Source of the DNA: Phoronis australis
Lineage: Eukaryota; Animalia; Phoronida
Assembly: GCA_002633005.1 (NCBI GenBank)
Contig: NMRA01000021.1
Span: 1,360,735 to 1,424,734, forward strand
Length of the DNA: 64,000 bases
Direction: 5' to 3'
The position numbers and the translations under genes are program-made. Under the pieces are notes generated by a model, which saw only the letters and a program-made list of their open reading frames with translations, was not told the DNA's origin and did not search any database. Position 1 is the first letter of the stretch. Each line of letters starts with the position of its first letter. This document shows positions 63,201-64,000 of this stretch, one piece after another.

Positions 63201-64000
63201 CAAACGTGGCATGTGGGTGTGATCATTCAGCTTAATGTCATTTAAGTCATGTCGATTTTGTTCTATTAAATGCAGGCCATCTATACCTCATGGTACTGTG
63301 TATGTAGGAATATGAAGTTGCTGTCACAGTGGTATTTGCTTTGTTACTTCGTACCAAAATAATTTCAATGTGGTCATTTTTTTCTTTTTTCAGAACCTGC
63401 TTACTTTTTGCAAGTAATTGGAATTTCAGCAAGTGTTGTTATATGACATCTTCTTACTGCATTCCATTCTTGTAACAGACTAAAATGTTGTAAAAATCTA
63501 CTTTTGTCGAGAAAGTTTACAAAAATGGAATTTCATAAATGTCGGCCATGTTGTATGCTAAATAAACATAGGATTACTGTATTTCGGTTATTATGTGTGA
63601 TTATTAAGTGGTTATTGATCTTCTATGAAAACTAAGCGGCTTTGCAGTAACATTTTCTTAAGCCTTTCGAGCTATTTACGAGCATTTTTCATGAATGTGT
63701 ACCGTATCGTATCTTCATTCACCTCTATATAATGAGGCGAAGGTACATGAATATCTCGTGTCAAGATGGTAGAAATTCAAAGGCTATGACAGATTTTGTT
63801 GAAAAGTTTAGAAAAGTGTTGATAATCACATGTGCGCACCCAGCCTTTAATATGGGGTGGCTCAAATTTCTGGCAATGTGGACCTTTTGCCAACAAAAAA
63901 GCGGGAGGACTAAAAAAAAACTAAGTACCACCTTCACTGTGCGTCTGTGCTTTTCAGTTTTATCTCGTTTTCTCAGACTTTTTGTTTCTCTGAGGCGGAC

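Overview
This is AT-rich, intron-rich DNA from an invertebrate animal, not a prokaryote, and most of the six-frame ORFs are noise. I reconstructed three spliced genes by hand. (1) The last five coding exons of a phosducin-like gene (PDCL/PhLP1, +, stop at 8533). (2) A complete GANP/MCM3AP (SAC3 family, TREX-2 scaffold) on the - strand: 24 phase-consistent coding exons from 41167 to 12700, about 1898 aa, converging tail-to-tail with PDCL. (3) The first coding exon of ST7 (+, 44668-44815), head-to-head with GANP across a compact bidirectional promoter. The rest of the window appears to be ST7 intron. The introns hold many nested non-autonomous transposons with readable TIRs and TSDs: a Harbinger MITE containing an IS3EU-like MITE, Mutator/AcademH-like hairpin elements, Kolobok-like, pogo-like, LINE and SINE relics. 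The most unusual features are a miniature LTR retroelement whose LTRs carry a tRNA-like Pol III promoter (46124-46643), a Kolobok-like relic with convergent THAP and P2X7-ballast-like pseudogenes nested in a HIRAN-carrying element, and mirror-image out-of-frame uATG leader exons on both sides of the GANP/ST7 promoter. A 441-bp duplication around the N at 27150 is probably an assembly artefact. All family assignments come from motif recognition; no searches were run.
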